35,423 nucleotides of DNA from an uncultured archaeon (GTDB lineage Archaea; Asgardarchaeota; Heimdallarchaeia; Heimdallarchaeales; Heimdallarchaeaceae). A program made the translations under genes and the position numbers. The DNA lies in assembly GCA_964534625.1 (NCBI GenBank), contig CAZHRF010000034.1:1-35423 (forward strand). The letters are read 5' to 3'. The notes below the pieces were generated by a model, which had not been told where the DNA came from, searched no databases, and worked only from the letters and a program-made list of their open reading frames with translations. Below are positions 8,392 to 18,142 of this stretch, one piece after another; within the stretch, counting starts at the first letter, position 1, and each line of letters opens with the position of its first letter.

Positions 8392-11300
8392 ATGTCTGTT
8401 GTCATTAAAGATTATTTCAGTAGTATTAGTGAGGAAATAAACGACATATATAAAATTGCTGAAAAAGCGCGAAAACAGGGTTTAGATCCCGTTTTAACTG
8501 TAGAAATTCCTATTGCAAAAGATATAGCTGATAGAGTTGAAGGTCTAATTGGTCCTCCTGGAGTGGGCGAACGAATTCGTTTTTGGGAAATGAAAGGATA
8601 TTCAAGAGAGGAGGTGGCATTTAAAATTGCTGAAGAAATTAGTAAAGGAAAACTAGTTGATGGAGGAATGGAAGAATTGGCTGGACAAGCAATTAGAAGT
8701 GCTTTGGCCATAATAACCGAAAGTATAACAGCAGCTCCATTAGAAGGCATAGCCAAAGTCAAAATCAGAAAAAATTTCGATAATAGTCAATATCTTGCGG
8801 TATACTATGCGGGCCCTATTAGATCTGCGGGTGGAACAGCAGCAGGTATGAGTGTATTGATTGCAGATTATGTTCGTAGAACAATGGATTTAGACAGATA
8901 TATGCCAACAGACCGGGAGATTGAACGCTATATTGAAGAAATAAATCTGTATAATCGTGTCATGAATTTACAATTACCAACAACCAAAGAAGAATTAAGG
9001 TTTGCAGCTGGAAATTTAACAGTAGAGATAACTGGAGAACCAACAAATTCAGAAGAAGTATCAGGAAATAGAGATCTAAAAAGAGTTGAAACAAATAGAA
9101 TTCGTGGTGGTGCTTGTTTAGTATTTAATGATGGCTTAGTAGGTAGAGCAAAAAAAATCCACAAAAGGGTTTTAAAACACAACTTAAGGGGATGGGGATG
9201 GTTAAAAGAATTAATAAAGATTCACGAAACCGTTGCCATTCAAGATATTTCAGAGTCTGACAAGATCGAACCAGAAAAGAATACATCATATATAAAACCA
9301 GATACTGGGTATATTCAAGATGTAATAGCGGGCAGACCTGTTTTTGCTCATCCTTCGGTAAAAGGGGGTTTCCGATTAAGATATGGTAGATCACGTGCAA
9401 CTGGTTTAGCCGGTTTAGGAATTCATCCTGCATTAATGGGTTTAACTTACGACTTCCTAGCTTGTGGAACCCACATTCGAACTGAAAGACCGGGAAAGGG
9501 ATCAATTGTCATGCCCGTGGATTCAATTCATCCACCAATTGTGCGATTAAAGAATGGTGATGTAATTAAGGTAGAAAGTTATGAACAAGCTTGTAAAATT
9601 CGAGACAATGTAGACAGTATTTTGTTTGTTGGAGATATGCTGTTTGGTGTTGGTGAGTATAATCAGAATAATTATAATCTTGTTCCGTCTGGATATTGTG
9701 AGGAATGGTGGGTTCAAGAATTAGAAGAACGGGTATTTGACTTATCTGATGACTTAAAACAAAGTTTATTTGATAAACTTGGGAATAAATTAAATAAATT
9801 CATCATAAAACCGTTTGATATTTTCCCAGACGGAAAAGAATCAATTGTTTTAGCACGTATTCTGAATATTCCCATTCATCCAAAATATACATATCATTGG
9901 AATGATATTTCTATTAACGAGTTAATTAAATTACGTGATTATTTCAGTAACCATTATAGTGAAACTGCTATTAAAAACCATTCATTCCCATATTCTAAAG
10001 ATATAAAAGAGATTTTAGAAAAATTATATGTACCACATACTATAAGAAAAAAATCAATAAAATTGAATGAACATTTTGATTCATTAATTGTTTCAATGGC
10101 TATTGGTGATAAAAATGATATTAAAGTTGAGAATTATAACTCGACACTCGAGTTAGTTAATAAGTTAAGTAAAACAATTATTCGTGATAAGTGTCCTGTC
10201 TATACTGGAGCTAGGATGGGAAGACCAGAGAAAGCTAAAGCAAGACGTATGCGACCACCTGTTCATCTCTTATTCCCCATTGAAGGGTCTGGTGGTCGTT
10301 TAAGAGATTTAAACCAATCTAGTAAAAAAGACAATGTTAAAGTAGAATTATTTCAAACAAAATGTCCAAAATGTGGAAAAAAGGTGCATGGTTGTTTTTG
10401 TTCTGAATGTCAAATACCCACGAAAGAATTGTATTTTTGCAAGTGGTGTAAAGTTGAAGTCTCTGGAGAACTATGTCCCAATTGTAATCGTAAATCAGTT
10501 CAATACCTAAAAATAAGTTTTCCAATGAAGACCGAGATTGAAAAAGCAAGAAAAAAAATAGGTGGTCTTCTGCCTAATAAAATAAAAGCTGTAAAAAAAC
10601 TAATGAATGAAAAGAAGATACCTGAATTAATAGAAAAAGGGATTTTGAGAGCAAAATATGATGTTTATGTTTATAGAGACGGAACAGCAAGATTTGATGC
10701 CACTGATGCTGCTTTAACGCATTTTAAACCAGAAGAAATAGACGCATCAATTCACCAGTTGAAACAATTGGGTTATTTCGTTGATATACATGGAAAACCT
10801 TTACTAAAAGAGGATCAAATGTTAGAATTAAAACCTCAAGATATTATTATAAATAGTAATGGTGGCATATATCTAAAAAAAGTCGCTAATTATATTGATG
10901 ATCTGTTAGAAGGTGTATATGGATTACCACGTTTTTATAATGCACAAACTGTTCATGATTTGATAGGGCACATTGTGATTGGATTGGCTCCTCATACCTC
11001 TGCTGGAATAGCTGGGAGGTTAATAGGATTTACAAAAGCCAAGGTGATTTTTGCTCATCCTTACTGGCACGCAGCAAAGCGGCGTAATTGTTTAAGTGGA
11101 GAGGAGAAAATAAAAATATGGGATACAGAGAAAAAACAATTATTTACTAAAGCGTTAGGTGATATTGTAAATGATATTCTAAAAAAAGGGACGAATGCAA
11201 AAATTGTAGATGAGTATGGAACTTTAGAAATTGAAAATATATATTCACACTGGAGAACCATTAGTATAGATCCTGATACTCATGAAGTAATATTTCAACC

Positions 11301-12615
11301 GATCAAAAGTTGGATAAAAGGAAAAAGTAAGGATTGGATTACTATCTTAACAAAGACGGGACAAAAGATTAAGATGACCCCCAGTCATAATATGCTTGTC
11401 TGGGATCTGGATATTAACGAACTAGTCAAAAGAAAAGCTTGGCAATTAAAGAAACATGATAAAATTCCGATTATATCGAATATTGGTGTTTATGACAAAA
11501 AAATGACATCTAAAACAAATATTCTAAGAGATTTTGATCTAGAATTTTTACCTTATTCAGGAGTTGTAAATCAAAAGAAGAAAACTAATGCAAAATCTAT
11601 TTTGAAAGCTGGTTATTATAGAAAAAAGAAAATAAGTGTTCCAGATGGGTCATCTTTCATGCCTAAAAAAAAGGAAACAATCATCTTTGATGAAGTAGTT
11701 AAAATTGATTTTGTGGAAGATTTTGCTGATTCATATTGTCTTGAAGTTGATACGATAAAGGAAATGTCATTATACCATAATTTTTCTCTAACAACAGTGT
11801 TAACAATGAATTGTGATGGTGATGAAGATTCCATAATTTTGGCACTTGACGCATTTCTGAATTTTTCCAAATCTTTTTTACCCTCTATGCGTGGAGGTAT
11901 GATGGACGCTCCACTTGTTCTTGTGTCTACCCTTAATCCTTATGAAGTTGATGATGAATCTCATAATGTTGACACTAGTTTTTCTTATCCTCTTTCTTTC
12001 TACAATGCTTCATTAAAACGTGAATCTCCCAAGAATGTTCTTCCTTTGATTGATATTGTCAGTAATCGTTTAAATACTGAAAGTGCATATGAAGGATTTG
12101 GCTATTCTCATGAAACATCTATGTTATTTCAAGGTCCTTCAAGTACTGATTATAAAAAATTGAATACCATGCATGAAAAAGTTGATGTACAATTAAAAAT
12201 TGCAAAAAAAATAGCTTCAGTCAATGCCGATGATGTTGCTTCAAGAGTAATTGTTAATCATTTCATCCCTGATTTAATAGGGAATTTAAGAAGATACGCA
12301 GGACAAAAGATACGTTGTACAAATTGTAATACTACTTATCGCCGTATCCCTCTATCTGGGATTTGCCATACGTGCAAATCGGATAAATTAAATTTGACAG
12401 TATATGAGAAATCAGTAACTAAATATCTGTCTATGGTTGATGATATCGCTGAAAAATATAATCTGTCTGAATATCTCTTAAATCGTATTTCTTTAATCAA
12501 GCATAATCTCTCTGTACTTTTTGGTAAATCTTCATTAGATCCAAATAATGATGAAATAGATATACCCGACAGTCAAGTAAATCTTGGTGATTTCTTTGTA
12601 TCTTCAAAAAAATAA
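8392..12615 (+). CDS. polC: DNA polymerase D large subunit DP2, intein-containing (ATG at 8392 preferred over TTG at 8362)
   Basis: AGPIRSAGGTA, GGFRLRYGRSR, GARMGRPEKA, HAAKRRN|CDGDED catalytic motif, C-terminal CTNC...CHTC Zn finger. Confidence 0.98.
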   Translation: MSVVIKDYFSSISEEINDIYKIAEKARKQGLDPVLTVEIPIAKDIADRVEGLIGPPGVGERIRFWEMKGYSREEVAFKIAEEISKGKLVDGGMEELAGQAIRSALAIITESITAAPLEGIAKVKIRKNFDNSQYLAVYYAGPIRSAGGTAAGMSVLIADYVRRTMDLDRYMPTDREIERYIEEINLYNRVMNLQLPTTKEELRFAAGNLTVEITGEPTNSEEVSGNRDLKRVETNRIRGGACLVFNDGLVGRAKKIHKRVLKHNLRGWGWLKELIKIHETVAIQDISESDKIEPEKNTSYIKPDTGYIQDVIAGRPVFAHPSVKGGFRLRYGRSRATGLAGLGIHPALMGLTYDFLACGTHIRTERPGKGSIVMPVDSIHPPIVRLKNGDVIKVESYEQACKIRDNVDSILFVGDMLFGVGEYNQNNYNLVPSGYCEEWWVQELEERVFDLSDDLKQSLFDKLGNKLNKFIIKPFDIFPDGKESIVLARILNIPIHPKYTYHWNDISINELIKLRDYFSNHYSETAIKNHSFPYSKDIKEILEKLYVPHTIRKKSIKLNEHFDSLIVSMAIGDKNDIKVENYNSTLELVNKLSKTIIRDKCPVYTGARMGRPEKAKARRMRPPVHLLFPIEGSGGRLRDLNQSSKKDNVKVELFQTKCPKCGKKVHGCFCSECQIPTKELYFCKWCKVEVSGELCPNCNRKSVQYLKISFPMKTEIEKARKKIGGLLPNKIKAVKKLMNEKKIPELIEKGILRAKYDVYVYRDGTARFDATDAALTHFKPEEIDASIHQLKQLGYFVDIHGKPLLKEDQMLELKPQDIIINSNGGIYLKKVANYIDDLLEGVYGLPRFYNAQTVHDLIGHIVIGLAPHTSAGIAGRLIGFTKAKVIFAHPYWHAAKRRNCLSGEEKIKIWDTEKKQLFTKALGDIVNDILKKGTNAKIVDEYGTLEIENIYSHWRTISIDPDTHEVIFQPIKSWIKGKSKDWITILTKTGQKIKMTPSHNMLVWDLDINELVKRKAWQLKKHDKIPIISNIGVYDKKMTSKTNILRDFDLEFLPYSGVVNQKKKTNAKSILKAGYYRKKKISVPDGSSFMPKKKETIIFDEVVKIDFVEDFADSYCLEVDTIKEMSLYHNFSLTTVLTMNCDGDEDSIILALDAFLNFSKSFLPSMRGGMMDAPLVLVSTLNPYEVDDESHNVDTSFSYPLSFYNASLKRESPKNVLPLIDIVSNRLNTESAYEGFGYSHETSMLFQGPSSTDYKKLNTMHEKVDVQLKIAKKIASVNADDVASRVIVNHFIPDLIGNLRRYAGQKIRCTNCNTTYRRIPLSGICHTCKSDKLNLTVYEKSVTKYLSMVDDIAEKYNLSEYLLNRISLIKHNLSVLFGKSSLDPNNDEIDIPDSQVNLGDFFVSSKK
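11089..11811 (+). mobile_element. mini-intein (241 aa) in DP2, no recognisable homing endonuclease
   Basis: Interrupts RRN|CDGDED; begins CLSGEEKI, block B TPSH, block F-like YCLEV, ends LTMN before the +1 Cys. Confidence 0.93.
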
Positions 12616-12669
12616 TTTTGAGTTAGCGAATAATTTTTAATTGTTTCATAATTTTTCATCTTGAGAGAA

Positions 12670-13395
12670 ATGATTGAAACTAAAGAATCTGTTTCACTTC
12701 GTACTATATTGAATTTAGAAGGAAGGAATAAACACATATACTCTCTTGTTTCTTTTTCAGTAGTACTACTATTGACCTTACTTATGTATCTTGTACCTGA
12801 TTATTATTTTTTAGAAAGAGTAACATATGATGTTGTTATGCAAACATTAAATTTGTATCAATTTGATGTACAATATGATGGTAGATATAATGAGTTCTTA
12901 GATCCTGATAGAAAGGATACTCCCTTAAATACTATTGTTGAATTTTTATCCACATTTTTAAATACACATGACGGTTCGCCTGTGATAAGATCTAACTGGA
13001 TAAAATCAGTTGATATCACAAATGGCCGATTTGCTATTGTACGTGCATGTACTGCAATGCAAGCTGGAGCTTTATTAATTGCTTTAATTGTTGTTACTCC
13101 CGCTAAAAACAAACAAAAAATGAAAGCTACTTCTTATTCATTAATAGCTTTAATTATTGGAAACTTTCTGAGAATTGCATTGATAATTGGTATGACTATC
13201 TTTCTAATGAAAAATTACGGATTAAGTTACTATTCTGCATGGATGTGGTCACATGATGTGTTAGGTAAACCGATAGGCTTTTTTGGAACAATTGGTTTTG
13301 CTTTGATTATTGAAAAACAAGGAGTACCCATTCTTAATACTGTAAGTCTTTGGATCGATTCACTACTTGATATTTTTTCATTCTCGAAAAAATGA
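12670..13395 (+). CDS. exosortase/archaeosortase-family membrane transpeptidase
   Basis: Several hydrophobic helices with IVRACTAM (Cys), GNFLRI (Arg), WSHDVLG (His) in family order. Confidence 0.8.
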   Translation: MIETKESVSLRTILNLEGRNKHIYSLVSFSVVLLLTLLMYLVPDYYFLERVTYDVVMQTLNLYQFDVQYDGRYNEFLDPDRKDTPLNTIVEFLSTFLNTHDGSPVIRSNWIKSVDITNGRFAIVRACTAMQAGALLIALIVVTPAKNKQKMKATSYSLIALIIGNFLRIALIIGMTIFLMKNYGLSYYSAWMWSHDVLGKPIGFFGTIGFALIIEKQGVPILNTVSLWIDSLLDIFSFSKK

Positions 13396-13406
13396 GCGGA
13401 AATAAA

Positions 13407-13688
13407 TTATCCACCATGTGATATTGGTATAATTTTGATATCTATATCTTCTTTAATAATCGTGTGAATCTTTTTTGTTGTTTTTAATTCAATTTTTTCC
13501 TTAAGAATAAGAAACTCATTTCTAATGTTGTTTTCATCCAAAATCAAATCTTGAACCTCTTTTTTATTACCTATTACGTATAAAATGGCATTCAATATTG
13601 ATGTGTTGTCACCTACCTTTCCTTCAATTATCTCTTCTTTTCCTACAATAGAAGGATGTAAGTGGATTTTTATTTTGTATTTGTTCAA
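13407..13688 (-). CDS. Urm1/MoaD/SAMP-like ubiquitin-fold protein
   Basis: 93 aa ending IKIIPISHGG. Confidence 0.85.
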   Translation of the reverse strand: MNKYKIKIHLHPSIVGKEEIIEGKVGDNTSILNAILYVIGNKKEVQDLILDENNIRNEFLILKEKIELKTTKKIHTIIKEDIDIKIIPISHGG

Positions 13689-13710
13689 AGTACCACTTAA
13701 TCATTATTGT

Positions 13711-14604
13711 CTAATCAATTTCTATTTCAAACATGGCAAGTAGGTCATTTATATCTTGAGCCATTTTTTCGTCTTCTTCACTTAATTCTGCCCCTTCTTC
13801 TGGTTTTAGAAATTCAATTGCTCTTACAATACCATTTTCACATATCATTCTTGGAACATGTGATCGGCTAAAGAAAACTCCTTCTGGTGGCTCATCAAGT
13901 TCTTCAAATGCCCCATCATATGTCTCTGTGAAAACTTTTTTACCTATTATAACAAGATCACGATAAAAACCTTTAGGAACACCTAAACCATTTAATATCT
14001 TGTATGATTCTTCTAACTCTTCTTTAGGCTTGATAATTTTTTCTTGTTTTTGTACTTTGAATCCAACATCAGTATCACTCATTTGACTTAATATTGAAGG
14101 TGTGGGCCTGTTTCCTGGAGCACCCATCTTTGCAATAGTGGGTGGTAATTGTGATGTTGCAACTTGTCCTGGTCTGCTTTTAAGATTAACATTATCGTCA
14201 TCATCATCATCAAGCACTGTTTCGTCAATTTCTGGTCTCCCCGTTTCAAATACATTTATTTGACTTTGCCTTTCTATTAACTTTTGTGCTTTTTCTCTCA
14301 CTTCTTCATTTAATAAATCTTCTTTGCCAATTTTTTGTAGTGCCAGAACAAAATCAATTGTTTCTTCACCTTGGTCACATGATTGAGGTACATAAGCAAA
14401 ACCATATTCAGCTTTCCTCAAATCTGATAAAGATCGACTGCCTATGAATTTTTTTCTGATGGGACACTTACTCCCTTTCCATAAAAACATTTTTTTGTCT
14501 TCTTCATCTACAATGATTAGAACTTTTTCACTTTCTAGAACTAATTCAGATTTTTCTGTTAATTCCCCATTATCTTCAACTTCTAGATATCTCATATTAT
14601 TCAC
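13711..14604 (-). CDS. gelsolin-domain protein (one gelsolin domain, acidic linker, unknown C-terminal domain)
   Basis: LESEKVLIIVDEEDKKMFLWKGSKCPIRKK...CDQGEETIDF matches a gelsolin repeat. Confidence 0.85.
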   Translation of the reverse strand: MNNMRYLEVEDNGELTEKSELVLESEKVLIIVDEEDKKMFLWKGSKCPIRKKFIGSRSLSDLRKAEYGFAYVPQSCDQGEETIDFVLALQKIGKEDLLNEEVREKAQKLIERQSQINVFETGRPEIDETVLDDDDDDNVNLKSRPGQVATSQLPPTIAKMGAPGNRPTPSILSQMSDTDVGFKVQKQEKIIKPKEELEESYKILNGLGVPKGFYRDLVIIGKKVFTETYDGAFEELDEPPEGVFFSRSHVPRMICENGIVRAIEFLKPEEGAELSEEDEKMAQDINDLLAMFEIEID

Positions 14605-14898
14605 TTTTTTAAGTTTATATATAATTTTACCTAAATAAGATTTGTTAAACTCTTTGTATTATATCGTATTAAACTTTCTCTTTCTTATATTAATTTGTTA
14701 TCACTGCTTTAAAGACTTGTTATATTGGCAGAATAATCACATTAATTGTTGTTGCTCAACAAGTTGTTCCAAAAGTGTAAAAATAGTATAAAGATATAAA
14801 ACCTAGCTGGTGACAGGATCACCTATCCCCGAGTTAGCTTTTTTTGATCACAAGAAAAGAAAAAAGATATAAAAAGAATGTAAAAGAGAGTTTTTCAT

Positions 14899-15204
14899 TT
14901 ATCCAAATAAGGCACCAAGGCCTAAATCGGCTTCTTCTTCCTCTTCTTCCTCTTCTTCCTCTTCTTCTTGAGTATCAGCTTGTGCTTGACCAGTAGCAGT
15001 GCTTGAACCTGTAACTGGAGCTACAGATGTGACTGCGGTTTTTAGTGCTTCTTCTATATCCACGTCTTGTAGAGCCGCTACAAGGGCTTTTACTCTAGAT
15101 TCATCAACATCTACATTAGCTGCTTTAAGAATATCAGTTATATTCTTTTCTGTGATTGTATTTCCACTTTCGTGTAAAATTAATGCTGCATATACATATT
15201 CCAT
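14899..15204 (-). CDS. rpl12: ribosomal stalk protein L12 (aP1)
   Basis: MEYVYAALILH...acidic run...GLGALFG. Confidence 0.98.
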   Translation of the reverse strand: MEYVYAALILHESGNTITEKNITDILKAANVDVDESRVKALVAALQDVDIEEALKTAVTSVAPVTGSSTATGQAQADTQEEEEEEEEEEEEADLGLGALFG

Positions 15205-15215
15205 TTTTTTTTCAC

Positions 15216-16244
15216 CTATCCAAATAGTGCCCCTAATCCGAGGTCTTCCTCTTCCTCCTCTTTTTCACTTTCTGGTTCTTGAACTGTGGTCTTGGGAGGA
15301 TTTTCAGAGGTTTTAGTGTTTTCCACAGTTATTTTATTTAGTCTATCAATAGTTTCTGAAGACAATGCTTCAGGATTAATTGATGAAACTTCTTTAGCTA
15401 TAGTCTGGGCCCCACCAATAATCTTTGATAAAATTATTGGTAATGATATACTGTTTATAATATTGCCATTTACAGCTAAGTTTAACGAATTACGTCTTGC
15501 ATTAGCAATTATTAGTGGTATACTTCTCTTTGTGAATATACCTGCATTAACTGCTAAGTTCATGCTTGAGGCTATAGCCCATTCAAGGGTCTGTCTATAT
15601 TGTTCATAATCTATTAGTAATTCTTTACCCATTATGATGCTACCACCATCAAGAGCAACAACAATATCTAAACCTGCTTCAAACGGGTCAATTTCCAATC
15701 TCCTTAATAGTGAAGCAACTGTGCCACTAACCTTTTCTCCTTCTTTTGTAACAACAGCTTTTTCAGCAATTTTAATTTGTCCACCTTCAATTCTAGTTTT
15801 CAATCCTATTGATTGTAGCTCTGATATAACTGGTCCTGGTGGAATACCGGTATTCATTGAAGGTATTTCAACATCATTGGGTGCGAGCTGTCCAGCTTTA
15901 GCTGGAGCAGGAACTTTATTGCTTGCCATGTAATTTGCAAGCTTGAAAGGATTTGTATCGGTTAGAAGAAATGCACAAGGACCCGAAATATATTCGCTCA
16001 TTTGTTCAATTCCTTGGATTTCGTCATTAACTTCATCAATAGCAATTTTCATCAAACTATTTTTTGCCATTAGTATTCGTGTTGATTCTTTTCGCAAATC
16101 TTTTCTCATCTGTTGTACGACACGAGCACCTATGTTATTTATTTTTACTAATCCTATTATTTTACTTGATAAAAGCTCTTTCTTTAATTTTTGAATAGTT
16201 TGTACCTTTTCTCTCGAATAATCTGTGCTACTCATAATAAACAC
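15216..16244 (-). CDS. rplP0: ribosomal protein P0 (uL10)
   Basis: MAKNSL, LTDTNPFKL, APAKAGQLAP, TGIPPGP, C-terminal EDLGLGALFG. Confidence 0.97.
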   Translation of the reverse strand: MFIMSSTDYSREKVQTIQKLKKELLSSKIIGLVKINNIGARVVQQMRKDLRKESTRILMAKNSLMKIAIDEVNDEIQGIEQMSEYISGPCAFLLTDTNPFKLANYMASNKVPAPAKAGQLAPNDVEIPSMNTGIPPGPVISELQSIGLKTRIEGGQIKIAEKAVVTKEGEKVSGTVASLLRRLEIDPFEAGLDIVVALDGGSIIMGKELLIDYEQYRQTLEWAIASSMNLAVNAGIFTKRSIPLIIANARRNSLNLAVNGNIINSISLPIILSKIIGGAQTIAKEVSSINPEALSSETIDRLNKITVENTKTSENPPKTTVQEPESEKEEEEEDLGLGALFG

Positions 16245-16886
16245 CTACTTAATCCTTGTTGGAGGGCTCATTGTCGTCTTCAAATAGATTGTTTTGATAT
16301 TATGCTCTCCTTTCTCTAATTTTCTTTCAACAGCATTTACTAATGATTGAACATTTTCAACTATTTCTTCAATTTCCATATTTTCAGTGCCAACACGAGC
16401 ATGAATAACTGGTGATTGTCTAAGACGCAACTTAACTTTATGCTTGAATTCATCTAATATTGGTTCAATTGGTGCTGTAGGGGGTATTGGAGTTGGCATT
16501 TTTCCTCTAGGACCAAGATAACGACCTAAATATTGACCCACTAATGGCATTAAAGGAGCACTAGCAACAAAGAAATCATAATGTTTGGCTAAATTCTTGG
16601 CAGCATTTGGATTATTTCCAAATGATTTAAGATCTTGCTTTGTTACAATTTTTTCCACTCCTACTGTCTCTGCTTCAACTAATTGGCTACCTTCAGCAAT
16701 CACACAAATTTTTATGTCTTTCTGAAATTCATGTGGTAAAACCACATCAATTTGGAATCGATTTGTTGGATCTTTTAGATTAACATCTCTTAGGTTAATT
16801 GCAATGTCAACCGATTCAGTGAACTTCCGTTCGGGAGCATTAGTAAGCATATCTTCAACTAATTCTTTTAGTTGTTTTCTATCCAT
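16245..16886 (-). CDS. rpl1: 50S ribosomal protein L1 (uL1)
   Basis: RKFTESVDIAINL, LGPRGKMP, YLKTTMSPP. Confidence 0.98.
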   Translation of the reverse strand: MDRKQLKELVEDMLTNAPERKFTESVDIAINLRDVNLKDPTNRFQIDVVLPHEFQKDIKICVIAEGSQLVEAETVGVEKIVTKQDLKSFGNNPNAAKNLAKHYDFFVASAPLMPLVGQYLGRYLGPRGKMPTPIPPTAPIEPILDEFKHKVKLRLRQSPVIHARVGTENMEIEEIVENVQSLVNAVERKLEKGEHNIKTIYLKTTMSPPTRIK

Positions 16887-16897
16887 AAGTATCTACC

Positions 16898-16953
16898 TCT
16901 ACCGCTTCCGTTACTTCCAATGAATGGCTATATAACGGTCTTGCGCGGTTAGA
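16898..16953 (-). promoter_or_regulatory. structured 5' leader of rpl1-rplP0-rpl12 (candidate ribosomal protein autoregulatory element)
   Basis: mRNA ACCGC-GCAAGA-CCGUUA-...-UAACGG-AA-GCGGU nested stems abutting the GAGGU SD of rpl1. Confidence 0.6.
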
Positions 16954-17221
16954 ATTCAAGTCTTCAGCAAATCTTACATTTTTAAACTTTATTACTTATG
17001 ACTAGTACTTCCAAAATAGTGGTGAGAGTGTATGATTCTTGTGATAGGACAGATTAAAGTTTTCTTTAGATGGATAGAACCCTTGATTTTTTTCTTAATT
17101 CGGAAGTATTATAACAACAAAAAGAATTATCTTCTATCTAAAAGTAATCACATGTTAACAATGCATGAAAGTCATAAACTATTTTCTATCTTAAAATATG
17201 TGATAAAAATTTAAATTGCTA

Positions 17222-18127
17222 TCAAGGCAAGATACGATTAACAATTTTTTCAGGAATGAATTCCTCTAAATCATTGTATTCTTGTCCTATTCCTATAAAT
17301 AATATGGGCTTTTTTGTTATATGAGTAACTGAAACTGCAGCTCCCCCTTTTACATCTGCATCCATCTTATTGATTATAGATGAATCAATTCCAACTTTCT
17401 TGTAAAACATCTTTGCTTGAGATACCAATGAATTTCCTGTTAATGCATCGCCCACAAATATTTTAATATCGGGCTCTGTAACGCGACATATTTTTTGTAG
17501 TTCCATCATTAGATTTTTGTTATTTTCCATTCTACCCGATGTATCTATTAAGACTGAATTTATGTTTTTAGACATTGCATGATTAATTGCATCAAAAGCG
17601 ACGGCTGCTGCATCTGATCCATATTTTTGTGCAATAACTTTAATTTCTAACTTTTTTCCATGTTCTTGAAGTTGCTGTATACTACCTGCTCGATATGTGT
17701 CTCCTGCTGCAAAAATTACTGAATAATTATGATCTTTGAGATATTTTCCAATTTTAGCAATTGATAGTGTTTTACCAACTCCATTAACGCCAAAAAACGC
17801 TATTACTAAGGGGATATTGCTTTTTTGTGCTTGTTCAATTTTTTCTAAGAGATTAAACCGTTTTGGTGGCGTTAAAATTTCAACTAACACTTCATGAAGG
17901 GCTTCTATTATTTTATCCTTAGGATTAGTAAATCTCTTGTGTTCAATATCTTCTAGTTTTGGTCGTAAATCTTTAATGATTTTTTCTGCTGTTATAATAG
18001 CTACCTCATTCTTTACTAATATGTTTTTAAGCTCTGCTGAGAATTTTTCGATATTTTTGTCAGATATATCCCTAATCGTTATTTTTTTTACAAAATTAGA
18101 AATACTTTTCTTGAGATCATTAAACAA
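17222..18127 (-). CDS. ftsY: signal recognition particle receptor FtsY
   Basis: GVNGVGKT, DTYRAG, DTSGRM, KMDADVKGG, GIGQEYNDL. Confidence 0.97.
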   Translation of the reverse strand: MFNDLKKSISNFVKKITIRDISDKNIEKFSAELKNILVKNEVAIITAEKIIKDLRPKLEDIEHKRFTNPKDKIIEALHEVLVEILTPPKRFNLLEKIEQAQKSNIPLVIAFFGVNGVGKTLSIAKIGKYLKDHNYSVIFAAGDTYRAGSIQQLQEHGKKLEIKVIAQKYGSDAAAVAFDAINHAMSKNINSVLIDTSGRMENNKNLMMELQKICRVTEPDIKIFVGDALTGNSLVSQAKMFYKKVGIDSSIINKMDADVKGGAAVSVTHITKKPILFIGIGQEYNDLEEFIPEKIVNRILP

Positions 18128-18142
18128 GAAAAAAACCTCTTT

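Noticed and set aside
7468-14772. Similar AACAA-N-TTGTT motifs upstream of moxR and the gelsolin gene
   Set aside because: Spacing differs and such AT-rich palindromes arise easily by chance.
17032-17214. 60-aa ORF between ftsY and rpl1
   Set aside because: No motif; overlaps the likely rpl1 promoter region.
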